Positions 1 to 9,717 of a stretch of DNA of 64,000 nt are shown in pieces. Each line of letters begins with the position of its first letter. Position 1 is the first letter of the stretch. The translations under genes were made by a program, and so were the position numbers. The notes under the pieces were generated by a model. That model ran no database searches. It saw nothing but the letters and a program-made list of their open reading frames with translations, and was not told the origin of the DNA. Origin of the DNA: a virus (taxonomy: Duplodnaviria > Caudoviricetes). The DNA lies in the IMG/VR virus record IMGVR_UViG_3300046694_000619. One strand, written 5' to 3'.

Positions 1-471
1 ATGACGACAATTTACATCGGCCCCTATCTGGTTATCCCGCCTGCGCAGCTCACGAGCACCGCGCGCAAACGCGTCTGCTCGAATCATTGCGCCAAACCCG
101 CAATCGAGCGGCCGGCGAAGTTCTGCTCGAACTGCGGCGGCGCGGTTGTCGACGAGGCCGTAGTGTCGGAAGAGGTGAAGCCGCTGCCCATTACGAAGCT
201 TGATGCTCGATGGGAAGACGTCATGTGGCGCCCGGAATACGGTCAGCGCCATCCGAAGGGAGACATCTGGTTGCCGAACCGCGGTCGAATCGGCACAACC
301 TATGGCCACGGCTCCGAGGACAGTTACAAGCCCTTGGCGCTCACGGATGTCGACAGCCACGCCATGCTCACGAAGGCGCAAAATCAGTACGACGCGTTTG
401 TGACGGCGCTGCGACATGACTTCGGCATCGCGCCGTTCTGGGAAGTCGGAGTCATCGCCTACGCAAACTGA
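1..471 (+). CDS. hypothetical protein with Cys-rich zinc-ribbon motif
   Basis: 156-aa ORF with CSNHC...CSNC motif; start is at the window edge so upstream context is not visible. Confidence 0.6.
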   Translation: MTTIYIGPYLVIPPAQLTSTARKRVCSNHCAKPAIERPAKFCSNCGGAVVDEAVVSEEVKPLPITKLDARWEDVMWRPEYGQRHPKGDIWLPNRGRIGTTYGHGSEDSYKPLALTDVDSHAMLTKAQNQYDAFVTALRHDFGIAPFWEVGVIAYAN

Positions 472-580
472 CCCGGCGCGCGGGCGAGGCGCTCAAGCGG
501 GCAGAGTTTGCGGACGAGCGCAGAGAGCCTCGAGAAATCGGAGGCCCGGCTCAACACGACAAACACTCAAGGAACGGGAA

Positions 581-1003
581 TCACTTGGCCCTTCGCCATG
601 GCCGCGCGAACAGCAAATCATAGAGTTCGAGGAGGGAGTGCCGCCCCCACGGGCTGGCCACACGGATGACCATGATGATGAACGAGGCGAGCCATACCAG
701 AAAAATGGTGACGAAGACCATTTGTATGGTCAGCGAGTAATCCGCGAGAAAATATCGCATGCCGCCGACGTAGGCGCCCAGCGCAGTTGCTTCCAGGGTC
801 GGAAGAGGCGTCCCTCTCGCTACTCCAGCGAACCAGCTGAACAGCAGTAAGCCGAGGACCGCTCCGACGGCCCAGGACGAGTGCGCGCCGGCCATTACCA
901 GGTGCGTCGTGACGCCGAGGTCGCTCACGGATTGTGAGGTGTTCGCATAGCTCAATGCGGGAACAAGAAACAGGGCTAGCGCGGCGCTCACGATTGCGCG
1001 CAT
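581..1003 (-). CDS. hypothetical membrane protein (paralog of 988..1356)
   Basis: Signal-like N-terminus and 3-4 hydrophobic segments; GGAG RBS before ATG 1003. Confidence 0.6.
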   Translation of the reverse strand: MRAIVSAALALFLVPALSYANTSQSVSDLGVTTHLVMAGAHSSWAVGAVLGLLLFSWFAGVARGTPLPTLEATALGAYVGGMRYFLADYSLTIQMVFVTIFLVWLASFIIMVIRVASPWGRHSLLELYDLLFARPWRRAK

Positions 1004-1356
1004 GTCGACTCCTTCGCCTTCTTCGTCCACATCTTCTTGAAATCTAAAATCAACTGGACGAACGAAGGTGCATTCCAGTCAATCCACTGGTTCGACGAGC
1101 AAGCGAAGCGAGCAACCATAACCAGGCACGATGTCGTCCAGCACAAAAGCAGAATCGCGCTCAGATACTGAATGTCCGGTGTTGTCGTCGCGAGCAAGGC
1201 AGGCAGTTTAAAAAGGGCACCAGCGAGCGCCAGGCATTCCAGGGCCGGTATCGCTGTTCCGGAAGCCACACCGATAAAGCTGCCTACAGGCGGCAGAAAT
1301 CCCCAAAACCAGGGGCTGGTTGTCAGCGCAAAAAGCTGGGTCAGTACTGAATGCAT
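988..1356 (-). CDS. hypothetical membrane protein
   Basis: Hydrophobic ORF, start re-called at ATG 1356 (MHSVLTQ), 46 nt after CTATAC; aligns with the neighbour (GTAIPALECLAL vs GTPLPTLEATAL). Confidence 0.6.
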   Translation of the reverse strand: MHSVLTQLFALTTSPWFWGFLPPVGSFIGVASGTAIPALECLALAGALFKLPALLATTTPDIQYLSAILLLCWTTSCLVMVARFACSSNQWIDWNAPSFVQLILDFKKMWTKKAKESTCAQS

Positions 1357-1551
1357 GTCTTGTCCAACACAAGTTGAGGAGCGACCGGGCTCCGAAGCAG
1401 TGGTATAGCTCCGACAAGGAGTCATCTCGGCCGATGACTTGCGCACAGCGCCCTGAACGCTATACGGGTTGAGGCCATTACCGATAGCTGCGGCAAGCGC
1501 CGGGCCTTTTTAATCGAAAGAACGCGCGCCGCTCAACACAGAGGAACCAAT

Positions 1552-1788
1552 ATGAAACCTGTCAGCAAGAAAGTCGAGGACCTGGTCCAAGGTGACCGTG
1601 TCGACCTCGAGTCGTGCCCTTTCCTGAAGCACGACCCGCTCGCTCCGTATGAGTATGGGCGCGTCGAGCAAGTCGAACTGGAAGACAACGGCAACTGCGT
1701 CGTCGTCTACTACGAAAACTTCACCGCCACCGGCTATCCGGCCGGCACCGAGCTCAACGTGGCAGTCGAAGAAGCGGAGGTAGCATGA
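1552..1788 (+). CDS. hypothetical protein
   Basis: GAGGA RBS; ATGA overlap with NADAR. Confidence 0.65.
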   Translation: MKPVSKKVEDLVQGDRVDLESCPFLKHDPLAPYEYGRVEQVELEDNGNCVVVYYENFTATGYPAGTELNVAVEEAEVA

Positions 1789-2291
1789 AAACGACTTTCA
1801 AGATGGTGCTGTTTTATGGCAAGTCGGAGTGCTATTCGAACTGGAACCCGACCGGTTTCTCGGTAAAGGGCATCCCGTTCGCCAACGGCGAGCAGTACAT
1901 GATGTATTGCAAGGCGATGTTCTTCAAGGACACGGACACGGCGAAGCTGATTCTGGCTGAACCGGACCCCGCCAATGTGAAGGCGCTCGGCCGCAAGGTG
2001 AAGGGCTACGTCGAAAAGGACTGGGCCGATAACCGGCTTCGATTCGTTCGTCGAGGTCTGCTCGAAAAGGCTCGCCAGAACCCGGAAATCGCGCGCCAGC
2101 TTCTGGCTACCGGTAACCGTATCCTGGTCGAAGCAAGCCCGAGCGACAAAATCTGGGGCATCGGCTTGGGCGAGACGGACCCGCTCGCGCTGGACCCGAC
2201 GAAGTGGAAGGGTCAGAATCTTCTGGGTCAGGCCTGGATGTGGGTTCGCGACCAGCTGCGTGCAGAACAACAGTTGCCGCTTGCCGCATAA
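1785..2291 (+). CDS. NADAR (YbiA-like) family protein
   Basis: Motifs YSNW, EQYMMYCKA, KALGRKV, LVEASPSDKIWGIG, GQNLLG. Confidence 0.92.
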   Translation: MKTTFKMVLFYGKSECYSNWNPTGFSVKGIPFANGEQYMMYCKAMFFKDTDTAKLILAEPDPANVKALGRKVKGYVEKDWADNRLRFVRRGLLEKARQNPEIARQLLATGNRILVEASPSDKIWGIGLGETDPLALDPTKWKGQNLLGQAWMWVRDQLRAEQQLPLAA

Positions 2292-2310
2292 AAATTTTGG
2301 AATCAAACTC

Positions 2311-2338
2311 AAACCGCGCATCATTGCGCGGTTTTTTT
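2311..2338 (+). terminator. intrinsic terminator
   Basis: AAACCGCGCA-TCAT-TGCGCGGTTT followed by T tract. Confidence 0.85.
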
Positions 2339-2475
2339 CTGTGTAAGCGAGAAAGACGTAAGCAGAGTCGGCAGGCCGTTGTTAGCAGCGGCCTTTACAG
2401 TTCCGGTCCCAGGTGGAGTGCGTACGAATAGGACCCTTTCATAGTATAATTAGCCCCATTCAAAGGGAGATTTGG

Positions 2476-2847
2476 ATGTCGCTGACGGCGCGGGACCTGG
2501 AACTTCTGAACATGTCGACCATTGCTGAGCAGATGCCGCTTCAGTTCGACAACGGCTTTCGGTGGACCACACTCTCGTGCAACTGCTTTCGATGTGGCCA
2601 GGAGATGGTCGACGAACGCGTCAAAGGCATGCTGACCAAGCACACGCCGCACATGGCTGTGCTTGAAGCCATCGGAAACTGCCCGACGTGCGACCTGTAC
2701 ACGCGATTCCTCTATCGCCTCTACGATGACAAACGCATCATGGGGCCACGCAACGGTAAATGGCAGACCTGGCAGGCTCGGCGCAACCCTCTTCACAAGC
2801 GGGTGTGGTACTCACTTCGACGTGCACTCAGCCGTGTTTCGCAGTAG
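2476..2847 (+). CDS. hypothetical zinc-ribbon protein
   Basis: CFRC...CPTC; GGGAG RBS before ATG 2476; TATAAT upstream. Confidence 0.65.
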   Translation: MSLTARDLELLNMSTIAEQMPLQFDNGFRWTTLSCNCFRCGQEMVDERVKGMLTKHTPHMAVLEAIGNCPTCDLYTRFLYRLYDDKRIMGPRNGKWQTWQARRNPLHKRVWYSLRRALSRVSQ

Positions 2848-2865
2848 CCCGGCCGGCGGCGCGCT

Positions 2866-3177
2866 TCAGCGCTTGAACAGCGCAGCAGTGCTCGACGTCA
2901 TCTTCCACGCAATACGCCCGCGCAGCGATGCCTGCTCCGTAATCGGAGGCAGCGCGTAGCGACATTCCCACAGCTCGATGCCTGCGAAACGCTTGAAGCG
3001 TGCGCGGCGCCATTCACAATACTCGTCAGGCGCGGGTATCTCCGCCAGCTCGAGAGAGGTCAACGACACATGCGCAATGTCGCTCATGGACACCGGCTTC
3101 TTCGGGTCTAGCGGGAGGTTCTGGTTCAACCAGGGTATCAGGTCGGCTAGCAGCCGCTCAAGGGTGGGCGTAGGCAT
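2866..3177 (-). CDS. hypothetical protein
   Basis: ORF co-oriented with 3208..3972. Confidence 0.55.
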   Translation of the reverse strand: MPTPTLERLLADLIPWLNQNLPLDPKKPVSMSDIAHVSLTSLELAEIPAPDEYCEWRRARFKRFAGIELWECRYALPPITEQASLRGRIAWKMTSSTAALFKR

Positions 3178-3207
3178 TTCGAATCTCTTATCAAGCTCGA
3201 CAGTTCA

Positions 3208-3972
3208 TTATGCGGCGGGCGGCGCGGGCAACAGCATGGCGCCGCCGTTTGCGATGGCGGCGAGCATCCGATGCTCGTCGTGGGCGAATTCCTGGATACG
3301 GCGCGATAGCTCCGCCATGCCGAGCAGCAGTCGATGGAAGAACAGGGCGGCTTCGGGCGTGTAGGGCATCTCCGAGCACTCTTCTTCGTCCGGCAGCGAG
3401 AACGCCGCCCACGACTGCAGCAGATACAGCGGGGCTGTGCGCTCGCCCTCCGCGCCGACGCGTTCGTATTTGACGGTAACGGTATTCCCGCGCTTGAGTG
3501 TCGTTTTGTCGACCACGCGCGCGCCGATAACAAGCGAGTAGCCGTCTTGGGACGGTTTCCCAGCGTGGTGCTCGCCATACCACTCATTGGACGCCCAGCT
3601 GGCGTCCGGCCACGACGCATTCGGAACGATGGTCCCGTCCGGCGTCTGTGCGAACGAGACGTGCGAGCCGAGGTGATAGAGGATGACCCGTTCAACGGCT
3701 ACCTCGGGCGTCAATGCCTGAAGGTACGCCTGCTGAAGCGCATCGCGAAGGGTGGCCAGCACCGGCCCGCGCAGATGCGTATGTCCCCGTACGCTAACGT
3801 TCGCAATGGTCCTTCCATCAAAGCGGGTCGCGCGCACGACTTCGAGCAGCTCTTCCGGCACCCGCACCTGGAACACGCCTGCATCGTCGACACTCGTGAC
3901 GCACTTCAGCTCGAGCCGCTCGTCGGTGGCGGGGTCCTTGATGACAATCCTGGTATCTTGAATCTTGGCCAC
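3208..3972 (-). CDS. hypothetical protein
   Basis: 254-aa ORF, GGGAG RBS, extended -10 TGGTATAAT at 4009-4017 (minus). Confidence 0.7.
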   Translation of the reverse strand: MAKIQDTRIVIKDPATDERLELKCVTSVDDAGVFQVRVPEELLEVVRATRFDGRTIANVSVRGHTHLRGPVLATLRDALQQAYLQALTPEVAVERVILYHLGSHVSFAQTPDGTIVPNASWPDASWASNEWYGEHHAGKPSQDGYSLVIGARVVDKTTLKRGNTVTVKYERVGAEGERTAPLYLLQSWAAFSLPDEEECSEMPYTPEAALFFHRLLLGMAELSRRIQEFAHDEHRMLAAIANGGAMLLPAPPAA

Positions 3973-4008
3973 AGCGGGCTCCCTATTTGAACCTAAATGG
4001 TTTGCTTT

Positions 4009-4069
4009 ATTATACCAAATAATGATGATTATGCCGATGATTACTTAATCTATTTTTAAATGGTATACT
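4009..4069. promoter_or_regulatory. divergent sigma70-type extended -10 promoters
   Basis: TGGTATAAT (minus, 4009-4017) and TGGTATACT (plus, 4061-4069) in an AT-rich gap. Confidence 0.65.
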
Positions 4070-4128
4070 GCGCGCAGTCCGTGGCCAAGCCGCGCGTTGT
4101 GCAACCTTCCTTCACTGGAGAACGGAAA

Positions 4129-5118
4129 ATGAAAGTGCTCATCGTGGCCGAGAAGCCCGCTATTGCCCGCGCCATCGCGCCGTTTGCGAAAAAGCAATGG
4201 CCGGACGCCCACATTACCTTCGTACACGCCGTGCCCTACGGCAACATCAAATTCAGTTACCCGCGCGGGCTGAAGTCGCAAGATTTCCCCTACCTGGCTG
4301 AGCCAAAAGACTGCCTGCAATCCTGGGGCGATTGGTCCTGCAAGCCGGTAGTCTATGGGGCCATAGGTCTGTTTGTTCCGACGGAAATGCGCGAAGAGCT
4401 CTTTACTTCCGCAGACATCATCGTATCCGCCTGCGACCCGGACCCTACTGGAGCGAGCGCCTTTGCGGTGCTGCTGGAGCAGGTGTTTGGCGATGACCGC
4501 TTTCTGGCGTGCCCCGCGCTATCGCTCTACGGTCTGGACAATGAGTCCATCGTAAGGGCATTCGCACGGATGGCTCCGTTTGGTGAGCTCTGCGCCAGGA
4601 GCCTCGAGGCCGGGCGCTTAAAACGCTACTTTGACTGGAACTGGAACGTGAACAGCCTCGCCATTCTGGGCGAGACGCAGCGCCGTGCCGGCGTGCCGGC
4701 TGACGCACCGCCGCTGTCGAAATATGCGTTGCAGCTGCTGTACGGTCTGCGCAACCAACAGCCGATGACGGATGGCAAAGTCATTTCCCTGATGCAGCGC
4801 TGGCCGGGCACAGGTCGCTACCAGGTGCCGCTTGGCGAGTGGCGCGCGCAGCTCGGAAGTGCGGCATCGCGGTCGCCGATTCTGGATAACCTCGTCTCAG
4901 CAGGGCACCTCGCGCGCACAGAAGTGGATGGCAAGCAGGGAGTGCTTGTTTCAGCGCGCGGCCGGACATTGCTCGAGCTGTTGCATCCGGATTGCGAGGA
5001 CCCTGACCTGCCGTTCCGGCTGCACGCCTGGTGCGAGAAGGGCGCAGCATCAAAACCGGCCATCGACGGTTACATCAAGACATTTTTCGGAAAGCAGACG
5101 CGCTTCATGGCGCGTTAA
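4129..5118 (+). CDS. Toprim-domain protein, truncated type IA topoisomerase-like
   Basis: LIVAEKP and ACDPDPTG Toprim motifs; only 329 aa; no recognisable ITYPRT catalytic-Tyr segment. Confidence 0.75.
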   Translation: MKVLIVAEKPAIARAIAPFAKKQWPDAHITFVHAVPYGNIKFSYPRGLKSQDFPYLAEPKDCLQSWGDWSCKPVVYGAIGLFVPTEMREELFTSADIIVSACDPDPTGASAFAVLLEQVFGDDRFLACPALSLYGLDNESIVRAFARMAPFGELCARSLEAGRLKRYFDWNWNVNSLAILGETQRRAGVPADAPPLSKYALQLLYGLRNQQPMTDGKVISLMQRWPGTGRYQVPLGEWRAQLGSAASRSPILDNLVSAGHLARTEVDGKQGVLVSARGRTLLELLHPDCEDPDLPFRLHAWCEKGAASKPAIDGYIKTFFGKQTRFMAR

Positions 5119-5136
5119 TTCCGGAGGAACAGCACT

Positions 5137-5874
5137 ATGACGCGCGACAACACCAACGGCCCGCGGCTCATCGTCATCTCTGGCGCGGGGCTCTCCGCCG
5201 AAAGCGGTCTCGCCACCTTCCGCGATGCGGGCGGCATCTGGACACAGTTCAACCTCGAAGAGGTCTGCAACTATCGCGTCTGGAGACGGAACCGCACGAA
5301 GGTGTTCGACTTCTACGCGAAACGCAAGGCGGAGGTGCTGGCCGCGCAGCCCAATGAGGCACACCGGTGCCTCGCGCACTGGCAATCCCAGTGGGGTGTA
5401 TCGCGCGTACGGCTGTTGACCCAGAACGTCGACGACCTGCTCGAGCGCGCCGGCGCGAAGGGTGTCACCCACCTGCACGGCGAGCTCACCACGATGCTGT
5501 GCGACAACTGCTATCGCAAGTTCGACATCGGGCAGGCGCCTATCGACCCGACCGTTCCGTGTCCGCGGTGCGGTGACGTCGACCCGGTCAAGCCGGGCGT
5601 GGTGTTCTTTGGCGAAACGAGCCCGGGCTATCACATCCTGGACGAAGAGATGGAGCGGCTGCGCGCCGAAGACATTCTGCTGGTCATCGGCACCTCTATG
5701 CGCGTCATCCCCGCCGACATGCTCATTCCGTCGTGGCGTGCCGGCGACGACCGAGTCTGGCAGGTCAATCCTGAACTCGTCGACCAGCGCTACTTCGGCC
5801 GCAACGTGCGCGCGACGGCGAGCGAGGGCCTGGCGCAGCTCGAGCCGCTGCTCGTGCAATTGATGGGCGACTGA
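5137..5874 (+). CDS. Sir2/CobB-like NAD-dependent deacylase
   Basis: GAGLSAESGLATFRD, TQNVDDL.ERAG, HLHGEL, CxxC..CxxC, KPGVVFFGE, GTS. Confidence 0.93.
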   Translation: MTRDNTNGPRLIVISGAGLSAESGLATFRDAGGIWTQFNLEEVCNYRVWRRNRTKVFDFYAKRKAEVLAAQPNEAHRCLAHWQSQWGVSRVRLLTQNVDDLLERAGAKGVTHLHGELTTMLCDNCYRKFDIGQAPIDPTVPCPRCGDVDPVKPGVVFFGETSPGYHILDEEMERLRAEDILLVIGTSMRVIPADMLIPSWRAGDDRVWQVNPELVDQRYFGRNVRATASEGLAQLEPLLVQLMGD

Positions 5875-6024
5875 CCGTTGCTTCGCGTAAGAGGCGCAAA
5901 TGTGCCCCTTGTCGTCGAAAAACGGACACAAGCGCCCAAATGTGCCACTTATGCGCCAGGCATCAAGTCGGCCGGAGCCGCAAAAAAAGCCCTGCAAGAT
6001 GCAGGGCTCATGAGTTGCGGTAAA

Positions 6025-7023
6025 TCAGACCTCGAAGGCGGCGCGCAACAGGACGCGTTTGCGCTCCTTCTCGGCAGCGTATTTCCTGTCCTCTTCAGGG
6101 TCCGAAAAGTTCAGCCCATCAAGCATCTCCAGAACGGCCGCGCTTCCTTCAGCCTTTCGTAGCGCCTTCTCCTCGTCGGAGAGTGCTTCGAATGCCGCCA
6201 TTTGCGCGAGGTGTTCCTGAAACTGCGCTGGTGTTGCGACAGGAGGTGCTACCTCGACGGCGACCTTAAGGAACGGGTTTTCAGTTGTAACGACCCGCTC
6301 GTAAAGCACCTCGGGCACCTGCAGCTGAGGAAACGCCGCGTTCAGGTCCTGTACCACCTTGTGGGTGTTGAGGAACTCGGCGATACCCAGGAAGTGGGCG
6401 TACACCGCGCCAACGAGCGAATACGAAGCTCTGCGCCCGTAGTTCTTCTCTTCGCAGATGACGTAGGGCAGTGCGATGCGTCCGGGAAAATCCGCGGACC
6501 GCGCGCCCTGCACATTGACACCCTTGAAAAGTTCCTGGTCCGGCCGCGGGTCATACTCGTCCTGCCCGTCGAAGGCCTTGTAACCGATTTCCATCTCGGC
6601 CCAGCCAAGGGGTCGAGCGGACGAAAGGTCTGGGTACTGCCGGTCGCAAAGTCTGAGCTCCAGATTTCTCACACGGGTTTCGAAGTCCCAGCGCGTCCCG
6701 TTAAGCGACCTGCCGACGTCACTCAAGTCACGTGCCTCGCCGGAGATGCTGTCGAGGAGCGTGTACAGCGCGTCGTACAGGTCGGCGTAAATCATCGGGC
6801 CATATGTCTGGCGCAACAACGTTTTGCGCTCCTTCTTCAGGGCATGCGCGGCTTCCCACAGCGAATGTGACTCGAACCAGCTGCGCGCAGCCTTCATCGC
6901 CGCAACGCGGATTTCCGTGAAAAGGGCATCCAGGTTAGCGATGGGCGTCCACTTCTGGCCAATGAAATCGGCCAGAAGGGTCACTTCTTCGTCGAGATTG
7001 ATGTCTGCAGTCAGGGTCTTCAT
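6025..7023 (-). CDS. hypothetical protein
   Basis: 332-aa ORF, GAGG RBS, CTATAC 34 nt upstream. Confidence 0.7.
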   Translation of the reverse strand: MKTLTADINLDEEVTLLADFIGQKWTPIANLDALFTEIRVAAMKAARSWFESHSLWEAAHALKKERKTLLRQTYGPMIYADLYDALYTLLDSISGEARDLSDVGRSLNGTRWDFETRVRNLELRLCDRQYPDLSSARPLGWAEMEIGYKAFDGQDEYDPRPDQELFKGVNVQGARSADFPGRIALPYVICEEKNYGRRASYSLVGAVYAHFLGIAEFLNTHKVVQDLNAAFPQLQVPEVLYERVVTTENPFLKVAVEVAPPVATPAQFQEHLAQMAAFEALSDEEKALRKAEGSAAVLEMLDGLNFSDPEEDRKYAAEKERKRVLLRAAFEV

Positions 7024-7112
7024 GGTTTGGCCTCAGGATGTAGATTAAACACATCCCGTATAGGACGGCCGCGGCCTGGCCTGCCTGAGCCTGCTTCGAG
7101 GATGATGCCTCG

Positions 7113-7859
7113 CTACTCGGGCATTGTATCCGCGCGGGCGATTACACCCTGGCAACCGGGGATTGTATGCAGGTTTCCCAGCCCAATCCAGCTGAAGGCC
7201 TTGTCCGGATGTTTGGATTCGAGCAGCCGCACATTCGCCGTCGGACCCACGGGCCCGTGGAAAAGCTCCGTGATGACGGCGGGCGCCGGCGCCAGGTCTT
7301 CGCGACCGCGGTAGATGACATTCACTCGCTGGTCGACGCTGAAGCCACCCAAGGTGCGAAAAAGCGGCGTGCCATTCGGATGGTGGCCGACAATCTCCGG
7401 TCCGGGTACGAGGCGGCGAAGGAATGCACCCAGCTGCTGGCGCTGGTAACCAATGCCGCCGGACGTTTCCAACACATTCACGGTGCTTGCAAGTCGCCCA
7501 CGCTCGAGCTGGCGCTGTACCGCGGCGCGCATCACGCGCCGATATTCCAGCCCACCCGCGAGGAGCACCTTACTCGCGCCAGGGGGAATCGGGCCATGCA
7601 TGAATGCGTCGAGCTTCGCGAGCATCTCGTTGGCGCGCTCGGGCGTCAGGCGTTGCTCATAGGGCTCGATGACTGCATTGCCCGGAATGAACCCATGCTG
7701 CGCCGAAAGAATGACGACATGAGGACGCGCCTCGCGCTTCACATTCGCGCGAAAGGTGCTGTACATGACGCCCTGGTACAGGTCGAGGGCGGGCGCAGCG
7801 TGCGCCTGCTTGGTCGCCGAACACGCCATGATGACGACAGCCGAAGAGTCTCGTTCCAT
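7113..7859 (-). CDS. DUF6884-like protein with C-terminal extension
   Basis: ACSATK...ALDLYQG...ILSAQHGFI...IEPYEQRL...GIGYQ pattern. Confidence 0.75.
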   Translation of the reverse strand: MERDSSAVVIMACSATKQAHAAPALDLYQGVMYSTFRANVKREARPHVVILSAQHGFIPGNAVIEPYEQRLTPERANEMLAKLDAFMHGPIPPGASKVLLAGGLEYRRVMRAAVQRQLERGRLASTVNVLETSGGIGYQRQQLGAFLRRLVPGPEIVGHHPNGTPLFRTLGGFSVDQRVNVIYRGREDLAPAPAVITELFHGPVGPTANVRLLESKHPDKAFSWIGLGNLHTIPGCQGVIARADTMPE

Positions 7860-7892
7860 GTGCGAAGTATGAGTTTGGACTTGGATTGCCGG

Positions 7893-8501
7893 CTACGCGT
7901 GCGTGAGCCGGAACGTGAGGTTGATGCGCGGCCGCGCGCCGGGCTGCTTGGTAATCCCGTGGCGCCACTCTTCCTGAGTCGCACCCTTCATCACGAGAAG
8001 CGAGCCGCCGCGCAAGTCGTACGCCAGCTTCGTCCTGGTCGCCATGTGCTCCATGTCAAACGCACGCCCGGCACCCAGGGAAACCGACGCGATGACAGGA
8101 TGCTTGCCGAGCTGGGTTTCCTTATCCGCATGCATGCCGATAGAGTCGTTTCCGTCACGGTAGTAGTTCATCAGGACACTGTTGAATCGGGCGGCCAGTC
8201 CCTGGCCAGCCAGAACACGCTCGACCTTTTCCTGGAGTGCGCGCAGCTCCTGTGGCATCGGACAGGCAGGGTGATAGAGGCCCGAATAGCGGTAATCGAC
8301 CTCGCCGAACCACGCGAGCAGGCGCGGAATCTGAACCTGGCGTTCCTGCCAGAAGAGGGACTTCTGCTGCCAGTCAATCTGGTCGCGGCAGAAGTCGAAC
8401 AGCGACTGGTGTTCGTCCGGTGACAGGAACTCGGGCAACCACAGCACATCCGGTCGAGGCAGCGCCAGCTCAGGGAAAAGGGAATCCATGTGAAGCTCCA
8501 T
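7893..8501 (-). CDS. alkB: AlkB-family 2OG-Fe(II) dioxygenase
   Basis: NYYRDGNDSIGMHADKE (HxD), IASVSLG, WRHGI, RINLTFR. Confidence 0.92.
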   Translation of the reverse strand: MELHMDSLFPELALPRPDVLWLPEFLSPDEHQSLFDFCRDQIDWQQKSLFWQERQVQIPRLLAWFGEVDYRYSGLYHPACPMPQELRALQEKVERVLAGQGLAARFNSVLMNYYRDGNDSIGMHADKETQLGKHPVIASVSLGAGRAFDMEHMATRTKLAYDLRGGSLLVMKGATQEEWRHGITKQPGARPRINLTFRLTHA

Positions 8502-8512
8502 GTATATGACAA

Positions 8513-8594
8513 ATTATACCAAAAATAGCCCGTATTCTCAAGTTAACTTTGCCGATAGCCCCCGGTTGGAATAAACGTATTTTAATGGTATACT
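8513..8594. promoter_or_regulatory. divergent sigma70-type promoters (alkB / RNA ligase)
   Basis: TGGTATAAT minus at 8513-8521; TTGGAA-N17-TATACT with TG extension, plus at 8566-8594. Confidence 0.7.
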
Positions 8595-8622
8595 TGCGGC
8601 ATCTCAAAAACGCAATATCACC

Positions 8623-9690
8623 ATGCTCCTGCGTAAATTCTCGGAAATCGAGCAGTTCCGCCACGTCGTTGGCGATGTAACTCACAATGCCGAATACATC
8701 GGCCAGGACTCGAACAACGAGCCCATGTATGATGCGAGTCGCCGCAAGCCGGTGCTGACATTCAAGGGCACCGTCAAGCTGCACGGCAGCAACTGCGGCG
8801 TAGCCTTTGACGTACTCACCGGGGAGGTGGAGGCTCAGAGCCACTTCCGCTACCTGAGCGTCGAGGATGACAACTTCGGCTTCTGCGCGTGGATGAAGTC
8901 CCCGAGCGGCACAGCGGACTTGTGGAACCTGCGGCTTCTCATTCTCGCGGCGGCCCTTGAGCACGTGAGCCAGCCCATTCTGGCCATCCGCACGTTCGGA
9001 GAATGGTGCGGTGAGGGCATTTACGGCAAGACCGCTATCGGCTATCTGCCTGTACGGTGGGTCGTATTTGGCGTGCTGATTACGCTCGCGGACGGGAGCG
9101 AAAAGTGGATTCCGGTCGACGAGGTGGCGGGAAAGTGGGCCGAGCATATCGTCGGCAAGGAAGGCTCACTCGTCCACTTCATCACGGACTTTCCGACGTA
9201 CGCCATCGACATCGACTTCAACAACCCGGCCGCGAGTCTCGACGAGCTGGAGCGGTTGACGCTCGAGGTCGAAGCAGAGTGTCCGGTTGCGAAGGCGCGG
9301 GGTCTCAGCGGCATGGGTGAGGGCATCGTATGGGAATGCTTCCATCCGAAGCTCGGCCGCCTCACGTTCAAGACCAAGGGCGCCAAGCACAAAGGCACGA
9401 AGAACTCACGCATCGTCCAGATTGAACCCGAGGTGCTCGCGAGCATGGAGGCGTTCACGGACGCCGTGCTGACCGACAGCAGGCTCGAGCAGGGCTACGG
9501 GATTCTGCTTGCCGACCACGGTGAAGTTACCGAGAAGCACATCGGCACATTCCTGAAGTGGGTGGGTCAGGACGTGCTCAAGGAAGAGACGGACACGATG
9601 GAAGCGAGCGGCCTCGAGCGCAAACAGGTGATGGGCCGCATTAACCATCGCGCGAAACAGTGGCTGATGCCGCGACTTGCGCGCGACTGA
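8623..9690 (+). CDS. Rnl2-family RNA ligase
   Basis: Nucleotidyltransferase motifs KLHGSN (I), FGEWCG (III), EGIV (IV), FKTK (V). Confidence 0.85.
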   Translation: MLLRKFSEIEQFRHVVGDVTHNAEYIGQDSNNEPMYDASRRKPVLTFKGTVKLHGSNCGVAFDVLTGEVEAQSHFRYLSVEDDNFGFCAWMKSPSGTADLWNLRLLILAAALEHVSQPILAIRTFGEWCGEGIYGKTAIGYLPVRWVVFGVLITLADGSEKWIPVDEVAGKWAEHIVGKEGSLVHFITDFPTYAIDIDFNNPAASLDELERLTLEVEAECPVAKARGLSGMGEGIVWECFHPKLGRLTFKTKGAKHKGTKNSRIVQIEPEVLASMEAFTDAVLTDSRLEQGYGILLADHGEVTEKHIGTFLKWVGQDVLKEETDTMEASGLERKQVMGRINHRAKQWLMPRLARD

Positions 9691-9717
9691 CACAAACAAA
9701 CACACACGGGATTGCGT

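Noticed and set aside
5137-5874. Sir2 as a Thoeris/DSR-type defence NADase
   Set aside because: It has the zinc-binding insert and motifs of CobB-like deacylases, and there is no TIR, HerA or pAgo partner.
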